DNA from: Eledone cirrhosa | Taxonomy: Eukaryota | DNA: 64,000 bases | NCBI GenBank assembly: GCA_964016885.1 | Contig: CAXHJY010001127.1 | Location: forward strand, 1-64,000 | Direction of reading: 5' to 3' | Shown: in pieces, positions 13,003-27,709 of the stretch | Position numbering within the stretch: the first letter of the stretch is position 1 | Layout of the letters: each line of letters starts with the position of its first letter | Translations under genes and position numbers: made by a program | The notes under the pieces: generated by a model | The model's database searches: none | Seen by the model: the letters and a program-made list of their open reading frames with translations, nothing else | What the model was told of the DNA's origin: nothing

Positions 13003-13620
13003 GTCGGCGAATTGGTAGAGTAGTTAGAACGTTGGATAGAATGCTTTATGGTATTTGTTCCGACTCTCTGAGTTCAAATCCCACTGAGGTCAACTTTTCC
13101 TTTCATCCTTTCGAGGTCGACACAAGTACCAGTCAAGTACTGGGGTTGATTCTTTCTCTATATCTCTTTTTCATTTCCATTCTTTCTTACTCTATCATTT
13201 TCCGTTGCTTTTCATCCATTCGAGGTCCATAAAAAAGTACCAGTCAAGTACTGGGGTTGATTCTTTCTCTATATCTCTTTTTCATTTCCATTCTTTCTTA
13301 CTTTATCATTTTCCGTTGCTTTTCATCCATTCGAGGTCCATAAAAAAGTACCAGTCAAGTACTGGGGGTTGATTCTTTCTCTATATCTCTTTTTCATTTC
13401 CATTCTTTCTTACTCTATCATTTTCCGTTGCTTTTCATCCATTCGAGGTCCATAAAAAAGTACCAGTCAAGTACTGGGGTCAATTCTTCTTCTATATATC
13501 TTTCTCGTTTCCATTCTCTTTCACTCTCTATAGCTCTTGCATCCATTCCAGGTCGATGAAAAAAAAGTACCAGCTTAGCACTGGAGTTGATACTTTTCTC
13601 TATATTTCTTTCTCATTTCC
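13003..13620 (+). repeat. SINE copy followed by a SINE-core-derived ~112-bp tandem repeat (~4.5 units)
   Basis: SINE head with gagttcaaatccc at ~13070. aagtaccagtcaagtactggggt recurs at ~13123, 13235, 13346 and 13458, and in diverged form at ~13565. Confidence 0.85.
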
Positions 13621-14493
13621 TCTCCCTCACTTTCTATCTTTCACTGGAAGAAATCTGCTGCACTCGGGACTGGAGAGGGAAGGGCTCCACCAGACTTAAA
13701 ATGCCCACCAAACGCCGTATGTCAATACGGCGCCCCTACGACTCTATCAGGGCTTACATACAAATCCGGATCTGGTTTTTTCATTTCCAAATCTTAAGTT
13801 ATTTGTTGAAATAGAAGCATTTCTTTAAATATTCTGTTCTTACACTTAGATAATTCGCTGAGGAGGTCTAATAACACTGAACTACGTCTGTTACTTTCAT
13901 AAGATGGGTTTAATGGTCCAAGTGGGTTGGTAGATAACCTGTAGATCCAATAATATCAGGTATGAAGCTGTACATGTACCTTAGATGCTGAGTCGACAAA
14001 CTCCTCATCAATGGTCCGTAGATATCCTAATTCTCTGGTATTTTTCGTATCACATTGATATAGAATTGGCAACTGACATCTACAACAGAACATGTAAGGT
14101 GTTTCGGATTTAAGTACATTTATTGAACTGTCGCCTAGTTATCGATCTGTCACAGGTATATTATCGAAGCTATAATGAAGCATAAATAACAGACAGCAGT
14201 ACTTGAATATCACTTGATTTTTTTTTTAATGAACATAAATAATAAAGTTTAGCATTGGTCTCTTTTCTCAGCTTCTTCTTCTTCTTCTTCTTCTTCTTCT
14301 TTTTCTTTTCTTCTTTTCTTCTTTTCTTCTTTTCTTCTTTTCTTCTTTTCTTCTTTTCTTCTTCTTTTCTTCTTTTCTTCTTCTTCTTCTTCTTCTTCTT
14401 CTTCTTCTTCTTCTTCTTCTTCTTTTCTTCTTCTTCTTTTCTTCTTCTTCTTTTCTTCTTCTTCTTTTCTTCTTCTTCTTTTCTTCTTCTTCT

Positions 14494-14561
<68 letters not shown>

Positions 14562-14997
14562 AGAAATATATAGGTCTAGTTCAGTAGAAGCCTTTCTATA
14601 TTAAATATTTATACTCTGCTTTGTATTGAGTACCTTACTTACTGTGGTTACCCCCGATTGAACCCGGGATAAACATATATATATATATATATATATATCA
14701 AGCGTGAAACTATTTCTTCATTGTACTATGTCGTTTGCTTTGTTTACTCTTTGCACACATATATACAGGGTCCCCCCCCCCCCAAAAAAAAAATATATAT
14801 ATATATACACACTTCAATAGCATTGTAATAAATCTACGGACGGGTAGCTAGAGAGATATATAGGTATCTTTATTTGCCACAAGGGCGTACAAGAACTGGG
14901 ACCTCACAAGACATGACGACGGGGTTTCTACATACAAATCGTAGACATATAGACAGATAGATATGTTTCTTTATTGCTAGATAGATAGATAGATAGA

Positions 14998-15520
14998 TAA
15001 TTTTCTTTTTATTTGCCACCAGGGCATCAAAGAGTGGGACAAGTAAAATGGGGGGAGTTTACATGAAAAGGCGTCCTCAATAAGGAGGAGGCAATAACAA
15101 AATATAAAAATAAAATAAAATATAACAAAATAAATTTTATAACAAAATCCTCAATAGGGAGGAGGCGCCTTGGGGGGGTCGCACACCCGCCCGAAAAAAA
15201 GTGTGCAACCCTTCTCCTCAGGAGCACAGAGAGGGGGTGCTCCCTTGATCTTTCATCTTCCTCACCTATAGTCTGATGTAGAGTGAAGGCGCATTCACAC
15301 GGGCCATTCTCGCCACTTTCACCCATCTTTCATAAAAACGGCTGGGGTGCAGCACCTCTCTCTCCATCCTGATCCTTCTTCCGAAATGATATCGGAAGAA
15401 ACGGACCAGTTGTTGGCCAGAGAGAAAGGTGTCTGACCTCAGTCCTTTCAGACGCGTCCACCATACAACCTCTTTCGCCATGGCTATTACGCACAGAAAC
15501 ACCGCCTCTCCTTCGGTAGA
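14998..15520 (-). mobile_element. L1/Tx1-type LINE 3' end: ORF2 C-terminus (15266-15520) and 3' UTR
   Basis: EAVFLCVIAMAKEVVWWTRLKGLRSDTFLSGQQLVRFFRYHFGRRIRMEREVLHPSRFYERWVKVARMARVN...; the AK..IW..R ... F..RW pattern is typical of L1/Tx1 ORF2 ends. Tail ...ggtggcaaataaaaag abuts (GATA)n. Paralogue at 29272. Confidence 0.8.
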
Positions 15521-15949
15521 TAGGTAGATAGATAGATAGGTAGGTAGATAGTATGTAGAGCCAGCGTCCTCCTTCTGTATAGGTAGTGTTTATTTTTTTG
15601 CTTTGTTTTTTTTTAAGCGTTGGCCATATTCCAACAAGAAAGAACTGAGACCTTATTACACATACGACTTCATACGTGATATATTTGCTCTCTCTTCCAT
15701 TATTATGCTACTAAGCAGTCATTCAATGACTGAAAGTCTTTGATCCTGTGCTGCAATTATTAACAAACCTTCAAAAATAAGGGAAAAAACCTTTCCGTTT
15801 TATTATATATATCTATATAATCACATATTTTGTATTTTTATACGTTGTTGTTTCTTGTTTTTGTGGGGTTTTTTTGTCTGTTTTTGAGGGAGGTTTTTTC
15901 GCTGAACTAATTAGTAATATATATCTGAGTCAAGGGGCTGCTGTTGTTG

Positions 15950-16633
15950 TTATTGTTGTTGTGTTTGTAGTTGTTTATCCCTATTGAACTGACTTATGAT
16001 CAAAGATATTTCTGCCGTAATCGGTAGCCATCTTGTCTTCAATTCAGGGCAGTGTATCCAGTATAGTCTTATCCAATAAGAGGTTTCCTTTTATGTATTT
16101 TTGTTTATTATCCAAAAAAAGAAAAGAAAAAGACAGTGTGGTGTAAATTGAGGGAGATGTGACTGCTGTAGCTAGTACGTTTTGTGACCACCTAGAGTCT
16201 CTTTGTATGTCTGTCTGTTTGTCTCTCTCTTTGTTGATGCTGTTGTTGTTGTTGTTTAGCCCAGGGTCATTCTGTATTCACCAAATCTATGATCAAAGAT
16301 GTTCCAAGCTGTGACGAGTATTCTGACTTACATATTTGATCATATTTGAGGGAAATGTGGCTGCTATTGCTAGCATGGTGATCGAATACTTAACTTCTCT
16401 CTTTCTCTCTCTCCATTTCTCTCTCTCCATCTCTCTCTCTCCATTTCTCTCTCTCCATCTCTCTCTCTCCATTTCTCTCTCTCCATCTCTCTCTGTCATT
16501 GTTGTTATTTAGTCAAACAAATTGATGATCAAAGATGTTCCAAGCTGTGAAGGCCGATCAAACTGATATTCAGACATGACATATATAGAGGGAAATTTGG
16601 CTACCATTGCTAGCATGTTGATCCAATACTTAG

Positions 16634-16635
<2 letters not shown>
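15950..16635 (-). mobile_element. Three degenerate copies of a retroposon 3' region with a (CAA)n tail
   Basis: (gtt)n-gtttag...tatgatcaaagat(g/a)ttcc...gaggga(a/g)at(g/t)tggctgcta repeated at ~15960, 16250 and 16505. Related pieces at 5760-5870, 42180-42260 and 49030-49140. Confidence 0.6.
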
Positions 16636-16667
<32 letters not shown>

Positions 16668-16992
16668 TTCTCTCTCTATTTCTTTCTTTCTTCCCCCCCC
16701 CCCCTTGTAATTGTTGTTGGTGCTATTATTGTTATAAGTAACTATTGTTGTTGATATTGTTATAGTCATTTCTATTGGTGATATTGTTGTTGCAGTTGCT
16801 GTTATTGTTGTTGGTATTTTTGTTGTTGTTGTTGTTGATGTCATTGTTCTTGTCGTTGATGCAGTTGTTGTTGTTGTTCTTGTAGTTGCCATTGTTACTG
16901 TTGTAATTGCTGTACGTTTGTTGTTGTTGTTGTTGTCGTTGTTATTACTACTGTTCTTCTTATTGTTGCTGTCGGTGATGATTCTGTGCTCA

Positions 16993-17182
16993 TTGGATAG
17001 GCAGTATTGGTAGAGGGTCGGACGCCATGCATTTGAAGCATAGAGTTATCTCCCTTTATGATCTGAGTTCAAATCCCGCCGAGGTTAACTTTGCCTTTCA
17101 TCCTTACGTGGGTCGATAAAATAAAGTACCAGTAATACACTGGGTAATTGCTGGCCTTGTGCCAAAGATAGAAACAATTATT
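16993..17182 (+). mobile_element. Near full-length tRNA-derived SINE
   Basis: ggcagtattggtagagggtcggacgccatgc...gagttcaaatcccgccgaggttaactttgcctttcatcc...ggccttgtgccaaagatagaaacaattattat. Confidence 0.9.
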
Positions 17183-17368
17183 ATGCAAATGTTGTTGTCA
17201 TTGTAGTATATAGTGCTATTGTATTTATTGCTGCTGATGTCATTGTGGTTGTTGTTGGTGTTTTGCTGGTGTTGTGGTTGTTGTTGTTACAGTATACGTC
17301 ATTTGTGATTGGAGGGAATTCAGTGAGTATATTGTATATGCAATTTAATATAAGTTATGCTGTACATA

Positions 17369-17369
<1 letters not shown>

Positions 17370-17416
<47 letters not shown>

Positions 17417-17548
17417 TATGTATATATATATATATATATTATGTATATATATATGTGTGTGTATATATATGTGTGTGTATATATATGTGTGTGTATATAT
17501 ATATGTGTGTGTATATATATATTATGTATATATATGTGTGTGTGTATC

Positions 17549-17621
<73 letters not shown>

Positions 17622-17625
17622 TATG

Positions 17626-17663
<38 letters not shown>

Positions 17664-17703
17664 GATATATATATACATATATATATACATACATGTATAT
17701 ATG

Positions 17704-17742
<39 letters not shown>

Positions 17743-17996
17743 TTGTGTGCGTGTATATATCTGTATGTGTGTATGGTTGTATATATATGTATGTATATAT
17801 ATGTATATATGTACATATGTATATATATTTATATATATATATATATTGTTGTGTGTGTATGTGTGTGTGTGTATATCTGTATGTGTGTATGGTTATATAT
17901 ATATATATGTGTGTGTGTGAGTGTGACTTTGCCTTTTCTACTTCATGTTCCTGATTGAAATATTTGTGATTCTCCGCTTTGATTTTTTACATCAGT

Positions 17997-18060
<64 letters not shown>

Positions 18061-18371
18061 TATGCAGCATCTGTTTGTTACTGCTTTGGTTCCTTGATTG
18101 ATATGTATATATATGTCTATATATATATATATGTCTATATATATATATATGTCTATATATATATATATATATATGTCTATATATATATATATGTCTATAT
18201 ATATATATATGTCTATATATATATATATATATATATATGTCTATATATATATATATGTCTATATATATATATATGTCTATATATATATATATATATATAT
18301 GTCTATATATATATATATGTCTATATATATATATATGTCTATATATATATATATGTCTATATATATATATA

Positions 18372-18402
<31 letters not shown>

Positions 18403-18570
18403 GTCTATATATATATATATATGTCTATATATATATATATGTCTATATATATATATATATATATATGTCTATATATATATATATGTCTATATATATATAT
18501 ATGTCTATATATATATATATATATATATGTCTATATATATATATATGTCTATATATATATATATATATAT
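17370..18570. repeat. (TA)n/(TG)n tract, (CTTT)n, and a (TA)n-GTC minisatellite
   Basis: 18110-18570 consists of tatatatatatgtc units of variable TA length. Confidence 0.9.
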
Positions 18571-18844
18571 GTGCGTCTATAATACTTATACATATGTATA
18601 AATATATACATATGAATGGAATTTGCAAAACTGTGTATAAACAATGTATTTTCACGAATATATATATATATATATTGAGCATGTATATATATATAAATAT
18701 ATATATATAAGGCTGAATGTAAACACACACAGATATATATATATGTATATATATATATATTTGTGTGTGTTTATTTATATGCATACATAAGCCCGTGCAT
18801 GCACAAGCAGGCATACATGCACATTCACACACACACATACATGT

Positions 18845-18910
<66 letters not shown>

Positions 18911-18984
18911 CTAGAAACAAACAGTACATATTACAATGCATATATTTCCATATTTCGGCACAAACTTTTCCTCGTGTATTAAAC

Positions 18985-19026
<42 letters not shown>

Positions 19027-19303
19027 CATAATATACCGTAATATATATCGTAATATATACAGCAATATATATAGTAATATAGTAATGTGGTAATGGTCCA
19101 TTTAATAGTCTGTCCACGTTGCTTTGATGTTGCTTTTGTTAATGTTAGTAATATTTGCACACAGAGAGCTCCAACTATTTACAGAAAGAGTGGCCACTGT
19201 TTATACTCGGCGTTTCAATTGTTTGCGCCCTGCGTTTGTTTCTCATCATGCGGAGAGGGACATCCAGCGGGTCTTTTTCGGATTCCTATCTATCTGTCTT
19301 TTC

Positions 19304-19344
<41 letters not shown>

Positions 19345-19459
19345 AAAATATGTTGGATTGGATTGGATTAGTTGGTTGTGTTGGGGATGTTGGGGGTTAT
19401 TGGATGTGTTGGGTGTGTTTTTTTCTTTTGTAGTGGGTGTAATATTTCTTTTGTAATAT

Positions 19460-19497
<38 letters not shown>

Positions 19498-19539
19498 ATA
19501 TGTATGCAAATATGTATATGTATATATATATATATATAT

Positions 19540-19693
19540 GTCGGAGGTGAGTTTTATTGTAGTACAATAAAGCAATGCAGATATCGGATAAGAAGCACTC
19601 TACAGTTTGTAGGACTGGAGTATACATAATATATAAGATCAAAAGATGGTTAAATGAGTTCCACATGGAACTCATTTAACCATCTTTTGATCT

Positions 19694-19697
<4 letters not shown>
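19540..19697 (-). mobile_element. Family C Penelope-like terminal fragment with a short near-perfect hairpin
   Basis: ggaggtgagttttattgtagtacaataaagcaatgcagatatcggataag... is shared with 27152, 30365-30450 (inverted) and 49758. Hairpin tataagatcaaaagatggttaaatgagttcca / tggaactcatttaaccatcttttgatcttata. Confidence 0.7.
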
Positions 19698-19790
<93 letters not shown>

Positions 19791-19994
19791 ATGTGTATAA
19801 ATAAAGATATGTATATAAATGTGTGTATATATGTATAAATGTTTATATGTATATATATATATATATATCTGTGTGTGTAAATATACTCATATATATATAC
19901 ATATATCTATATAAATGTATATATATAAGTATATGTACATAAATGTATATATATAAGTATATGTATATGAGTATATATAAATATATGTATATAA

Positions 19995-20040
<46 letters not shown>

Positions 20041-20291
20041 ATGTGCATATATGTATATATATATATGTATATGTTGCATACGTTAAAAGTGTATAGATAC
20101 TTATATATATATATATATATATGTGTGTGTAAGAGTATATATGAGTAAAAATCCACTACTGTTACATAGTCATCAAAGATGATGATATTTATAGGTATGT
20201 GTATATATAAATATATGTTTGTATATGTATATATAATGGTATGTGCATATATATATATATATATATATAACGGTATGTATGTGTGTATATG

Positions 20292-20351
<60 letters not shown>

Positions 20352-20795
20352 TGTATGTATATATATATATGAATGTATATATATATATGAATGTATGTGT
20401 ATATATATATATGAATGTATGTATATATATATATATGAATGTATGTATATATATATATATGAATGTATGTATATATATATATATGAATGTATGTATATAT
20501 ATATATATGAATGTATGTATATATATATATATGAATTTATGTATATATATATATATGAATTTATGTATATATATATTATATGAATTTATGTATATATATA
20601 TATATGAATTTATGTATATATATATATATGAATTTATGTATATATATATATGAATGTATTTATGTATATATATATATGAATGTATTTATGTATATATATA
20701 TATGAATATATTTATGTATATATATATATGAATGTATTTATGTATATATATACAGTATATATATATATATGAATGTATTTATGTATATATATACA

Positions 20796-20839
<44 letters not shown>

Positions 20840-21669
20840 GCTGGTGCAGAGGTGATTGTAATGGCGTTTACGTTCGGTGGAAATCTAATTATAGAAACCT
20901 TATGTTTAATACCCCGTGTCCTTTTACTTATATATATATATATTATATTATGTGTAGTGTATATAGTGTGTGTGTATATATATATATATATTGTGTATAT
21001 ATTTATATATATATATTGTGTATATAGTGTATATATATATATATTATATATATATATATAATATTATATGTAGTGTATATAGTGTGTGTGTATATATATA
21101 TATTGTTGTGTATATAGTGTATATATATACTTATGTATAAATAGCTGGTATCTGGGAGATATGGGGCTCGATTCCTCATAGCAACTTCCTTTTCTCTCTT
21201 TACGGTCTTCACTCAATTTTTTTAGTCCATTTTATAGGACCTTATAATTTCTTCGGAACATGAGCCCAACATTGTATACAGTGTGTGTGTGTGTGTGTGT
21301 GCGTGTGTGTGTGTGTGCATTTTAGAGCTTTTTCGCAAGATCTTTATTATAACTGAAGGATCAAGATTTATCATGTAACTTACACGTGTTTCGTTAATAA
21401 GCTAATGATTACATCTAGAATAGCTAAACCAATATATATATATATATATGAGTATGTGTATATATACTCTTTTACTCTTTTACCTGTTTCCAATCCGGCT
21501 GAGACCATGCTGGGGAACCTTATATATATAATATGTAATTTAAATCGAGTAGCGCGAGCTTCTAGCGATCACCGATTTTTAGACACACCGGACTAATGAA
21601 ACATTTGTTAATACTTTGTGTAAACCCTATTGTACAGCCGACCATGTTATTATTCACTCATTTACTAAT

Positions 21670-21815
21670 ATATATGCGTTTTGTCCTTGTGCAAGACACT
21701 TTAGTTCACGTTGCTTCTTCTACCTGGAGTTGCGATCGATAGATAACATTAGCAATTGGAAAGATCAATGGAAACATCTTGCTCGGTCCGATTTGACGAA
21801 AGTCGATCGTTCCTT
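21670..21815 (+). mobile_element. Second SINE family fragment with a CORE-like segment; inverted copy at 63858-64000
   Basis: gtccttg(t/a)gcaagacacttta(g/t)ttcacgttgct resembles the CORE-SINE motif. The ~140-bp match to the reverse complement of 63858-64000 is visible directly. Confidence 0.65.
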
Positions 21816-21906
21816 TATTTATATATATATATAGTTCGGATCTAGCTGTTGAAATGTTGGGAGGTCAGTTGTCGGGGTCTTGCCTCCTTCATAAATAAAT
21901 AAATAA

Positions 21907-21943
<37 letters not shown>

Positions 21944-21947
<4 letters not shown>

Positions 21948-22137
21948 AACGAGTAGGACCCCGACGGCTGAGCTCAAGCCGTTTCGACGGCTAATTAGTC
22001 CAGAAAGAATTAGCCGTCGAAACGGCTTGAGCTCAGCCGTCGGGGTCCTACTCGTTCCTATTACCCACTCTACTACCCTAAGTAGTGAGTACTTTGATGC
22101 GTTATGGTCCATCTGGTTCCTTACCACATTTCCTCCG

Positions 22138-22140
<3 letters not shown>
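21944..22140 (+). mobile_element. Family A fold-back element in (TA)n
   Basis: Inverted arms taggaacgagtaggaccccgacggctgagctcaagccgtttcgacggctaatt / aattagccgtcgaaacggcttgagctcagccgtcggggtcctactcgttccta, plus the family A tail. Confidence 0.75.
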
Positions 22141-22174
<34 letters not shown>

Positions 22175-23370
22175 GAGAGATATGTAAAATCCGACTGCGG
22201 CACTTTTTTGTATATGTATATATATGTTTTATAGTATTAGAAATCTAAATAAATGTGGAATTAGATAAAATAAAAAAATATGGAAAGCCAAGCCAAAGGA
22301 AAGAGAAAAAAATGTATGTTTAAGAAAAAAAAACAAGATGGAAGGTGGAGTAAAGTGTAAAGAAAGGAAAAAAGGAAATAATTAATCACAATAAGATTAT
22401 GAGGATAATAGAGGAGGAGGAAGGATACAGGGGAGGAGGGGTGAAGAGGAGGAAGGGAGAGGATGAGGAAGACGTGGGTGATAAGGAAGTCAGAAGAGGA
22501 AGCTTAAAGTATTTGATGGTGACTATAATAATGATGATGGTAAGGATAAGGCTGATGGCGTTGTTGATGATGATGATGGTGATGATGATGATGATTACGA
22601 TGACGACGATGAGGGTGATGATGACGATGGCGATGACGACGATGAAAAAAGAAAAAAAGATGATTACAATGGCGACGACGACGGCGATGTTGACGATGAC
22701 GATGGAAAAAGGTGAAAAAGGAAGTTGTCAAACATAGAAACTCGGAAGATAAAGAAGATCTTTAGGTGTGTGGGTCATCGTATGTGTTGTAGATTGTGGT
22801 GATGTGGACGGTGTTTGAGGTGGTCATGGCGGTGGTTGTTGTGGTGGTAGTGATTGTGGTGCTGGTGGCAGTGACTTTGGTGTTTGTGGTGGTGGAGATT
22901 ATGGCGGTGTTTGTTCTGGTAGTGATTGTGGTGCTGGTGGTGTTTGTGATGGTGGCGGTGTTTGTGGTATTTACGATGGTCGTGGTGATGGCGGTGTTTG
23001 TGGAGATTATAGCGGTGGTGGCGATGTTTGTGTCACTGGGGGTGGCGACTGTTGTCATCTCCTTCATCTTCTTCATTTTCATGTTTGGGAAGTTGGGGGG
23101 GGGGGGGGGCAGAGACAAAAACCAACGAAGGGAAAGAAGAAAAGCAACAAGGAATTCAAAATGAAAAAAAAGGAAGAAGACGTAGAAAAAAAAGATGAAC
23201 GGAAATCGAAATTAAATAGAGAAGAAAAACGGAAAAAGATTTTCTTTTTTTTTTCAAATCAAAGAAGCAGACGATAACATGAGAGAGATGGGAAGAAGTA
23301 TATATATGTGTGTCTACATACACACATACACACACATATATATATATATATATTGGGTTTCTTTTATTTG

Positions 23371-23406
<36 letters not shown>

Positions 23407-23496
23407 GATGTATGTATTATATATAGAGATATATATATACTTTGTATGTATATAAATATATATACATAAATAGATATATAGATGTTTGTATGTGTA

Positions 23497-23527
<31 letters not shown>

Positions 23528-23565
23528 GTTTGTATGTATGTGCATATATATAGGTTTGTATATGC

Positions 23566-23598
<33 letters not shown>

Positions 23599-23603
23599 TA
23601 TGC

Positions 23604-23636
<33 letters not shown>

Positions 23637-23701
23637 TATGCATGTATATATATATAGATGTTTGTATGTGCATATATATATATAGAGAGAGAGAGATATG
23701 C

Positions 23702-23736
<35 letters not shown>

Positions 23737-24203
23737 TATGCATGTATATATATATAGATGTTTGGATGTGCATATATATATATATAGAGAGAGAGAGATA
23801 TGCATATATATATATAGAGAGAGAGAGAGATATGCATGTATATATATAGAGAGATGTTTGTATGTGCATATATATATATATATATATATATCGAGAGAGA
23901 GAAAGAAAAATGCCCAGAAGTTCAAAATTCGACACAAACATATCGGCAGGAAATAAAAAAAACAGACATGTCGTAACATGGACAGGAAACTGACAAAATA
24001 ATATATTATAAAAATGATCTTAATAATCTAAGCCAGCGGCCATATTGTGTGATATGGCTTCTCCAAAGAAATATTCACACCAGTTTAATACTTGAAATGC
24101 TGTCTCTATTATCATCACATAGAACGGCCTATCTGTGGAATATCTGTGCATCTATAAAGATATGTATGTGAGTGTGTGTGTGTACATATGTATATATATA
24201 TAC

Positions 24204-24261
<58 letters not shown>

Positions 24262-25304
24262 ATGTATATATGATATATATATATATGTATTTATATATCT
24301 ATGTATGTATGTATGTATGTATATATGATTTATATATATGATATATATTTATATCTCTATGTATGTACGGACGTATGTATGTATATATGTTTTATATATA
24401 TATGATATATATTTATATCTCTATGTATGTACGGACGTATGTATGTATATATGATTTATATATATGATATATATTTATATATCTATGTATGAAAGGACGT
24501 ATGTATGTATATATGATTTATATATATATATATTTATACATCTATGTATGTATGGACGTATGTATGTATATATGATTTATATGATATATATTTATATATC
24601 TATTTATGTACGTATGTATGTATATATGATATATATTTATATATCTATTTATGTATATACGTACGTATATAAGATATATATATATATATTTGCATATATA
24701 TTTTAAGGAAAAAACAGACTGAGCCACAAAAATTGTTATTAGTTTCACACTTTATATTGGAAAGAGAAAAATAAGTTCGACGTGTTGGTCTTAAGTCATT
24801 CTTCTTGAGTACAAAATAGAGAAAGGGTCACAAAGGAGAAACAGAATTAAAAGAATCCGAGTATAAATACTATATATATAATTTATTTCTGTGTGTGTGT
24901 CTGTGTGAAATAAGAAAACGACACTGTACAATGAAGAAATATTCTAGTTTTAAGCTTGAAATAGGAGACACGCACACACACACATACACACATACATACA
25001 TACATACATAATACATACATACATTCTTAGAAAATGGAGGTCACTCACCCACAAGAAATAACTGTAGCCATATATATATATATATAATCTGAGTTTTTCG
25101 AATATTAATAATAACATTCGATTCGTATGCAGTTATGCAAACAAGCCTTATTTTTAAAGCCATGTCAGTGGAATGAGCCCCTCATTCCTGCTCTTGTGTT
25201 GACATGTAAACAGAACTGCATTCATTTTCATAATTACAAATTAATTATTATTAATATTCGAAAAAATCAGATTAAATTTATTGTATTCATCCATGTAGAG
25301 CGAA

Positions 25305-25349
<45 letters not shown>

Positions 25350-25593
25350 CATGGCCGCATGATCGATCTCTCTCTCAGTAACCTTTTAAAGCACTAGACT
25401 GCGGTTACAGTTATTTTTCGCGGTTGAGATTCTTGCATCATCTAAGAATCTCCAACGCTCGGATATATTATATAGAAGACACACAGACACACACACACAC
25501 TCACACTCACACACACACACACACACGCACACACACACACACACAGATACACACATCTACGTCGTTCAATGTCAAACTTATTTGGTCTCAAGG

Positions 25594-25637
<44 letters not shown>

Positions 25638-25720
25638 CCGTTTGTTAAACAAACACCATATATATATATATATATATATATTATAGACACGTACAACACA
25701 CACAAATACACACACGCACT

Positions 25721-25760
<40 letters not shown>

Positions 25761-26288
25761 AATATATATATATATATGTATATATATACAAAAAAAAATG
25801 TTGTCAACCATCATCTGATTTAACAGCAACAACAAAACGAAATGAGTAAAACAGAACAATCACGCACACACTCACTCACTCACTCACTCACTCACTCACT
25901 CACTCACTCACTCACTCACTCACTCACTCACTCACTCACACACTCTCACTCACTCACTCACTCACCCACCCACCCACCCACCCACCCCCACCCCCACCCA
26001 CCCCCACACACACCCACACACCCACTCACTCACTCACTCACTCACTCACTCACTCACTCACTCACTCACTCACTCACTCACTCACACATATATATATTCA
26101 TCCCGCACAGACACACACACAAACATGCACAGTATATAAAAACTATATAATATGCATCCGAAAATTGTAAATAGAAATGAATAAATCTATAAAAATCTAT
26201 CAAAAAGACTGAAATATCAAACAGTCTCTGAGACAAAATAGGAACATAGAACAGAAAGGTAGATTGAACTTTGTAAACAATATATTAC

Positions 26289-26348
<60 letters not shown>

Positions 26349-26358
26349 GTGTATGTGT

Positions 26359-26405
<47 letters not shown>

Positions 26406-26452
26406 CACACACGTGTGTCTGTATATATATGTAAGTATATACGTATGTATGT

Positions 26453-26494
<42 letters not shown>

Positions 26495-26553
26495 ATTTAT
26501 ATATGTATTTATATATATATATATATATGTATATACGTGTATATGTATATACG

Positions 26554-26597
<44 letters not shown>

Positions 26598-26629
26598 CGT
26601 ATATACATATACACGTAATATTGTGAGCT

Positions 26630-26665
26630 ATATATATATATATTTATTTATATATATATACAGAC

Positions 26666-26710
<45 letters not shown>

Positions 26711-26761
26711 CAGACATATATATATATGGTTTTATAAATATAGTTTCCATTTGTTAATATC

Positions 26762-26823
<62 letters not shown>

Positions 26824-26903
26824 TTATATATATATATATATATTTATTTATATATATACAGACATATATATATATATATATATTTATTTATATATATACA
26901 GAC

Positions 26904-26937
<34 letters not shown>

Positions 26938-26942
26938 ATACA

Positions 26943-26993
<51 letters not shown>

Positions 26994-26997
26994 ACAG

Positions 26998-27091
<94 letters not shown>

Positions 27092-27108
27092 ATATACAGA
27101 CATATATA

Positions 27109-27151
<43 letters not shown>

Positions 27152-27278
27152 GTAGGAGGTGAGTTTTATTGTAGTACAATAAAGCAATGCAGATATCGGA
27201 TAAGAAGCACTCTACAGTTTGTGGGACTGGAGTATGCATAATATCATATTATATATATTTATATATATATATATACAG

Positions 27279-27320
<42 letters not shown>

Positions 27321-27323
27321 ACA

Positions 27324-27382
<59 letters not shown>

Positions 27383-27388
27383 ACAGAC

Positions 27389-27420
<32 letters not shown>

Positions 27421-27478
27421 ACAGACATATATATATATATATGTGGTTTTATAAATATAGTTTCCATTTGTTAATATC

Positions 27479-27540
<62 letters not shown>
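26630..27540. repeat. (TA)n-derived minisatellite (tatatacagacatata units) with embedded family B and C fragments
   Basis: Repeated cagacata and tattta interruptions; inserts at 26727-26762, 27152-27250 and 27444-27480. Confidence 0.85.
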
Positions 27541-27543
<3 letters not shown>

Positions 27544-27709
27544 TATATATATATAGGTATTTGTTTGTCTGTGTGTGCAGGTCTATCTCTATTCCTATGC
27601 GCCTGTCTCTGTGTGTGTAAATATTCCTTCATATTTTTATATATATATATATATATATTTTTTCCGATGGGGTCATATTTTTTAATACACCTGGAGTGAT
27701 GAATATAGA

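Noticed and set aside
13100-13620. CRISPR-like array (also considered for 216-1030)
   Set aside because: Intervening sequences are identical rather than unique spacers, units are SINE-derived, the context is eukaryotic, and there are no cas genes.
13936-13957. aacctgtagatcc resembling the 5' part of miR-10/miR-100
   Set aside because: The seed differs, the 3' half does not match, and no pre-miRNA hairpin partner is visible.
13939-14120. Tiny GT-AG introns (38-41 nt) suggesting parasite-derived DNA
   Set aside because: Splicing the 41-nt candidate gives a stop within 14 codons, and no coherent gene model results.
16993-17080. tRNA gene
   Set aside because: The A/B boxes belong to the SINE head; there is no cloverleaf, and the sequence is always linked to the SINE core.
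19205-19255. Minus-strand TGATGA...GAAAC...GTA
   Set aside because: The first core base is A rather than C, and helices II, III and I do not pair.
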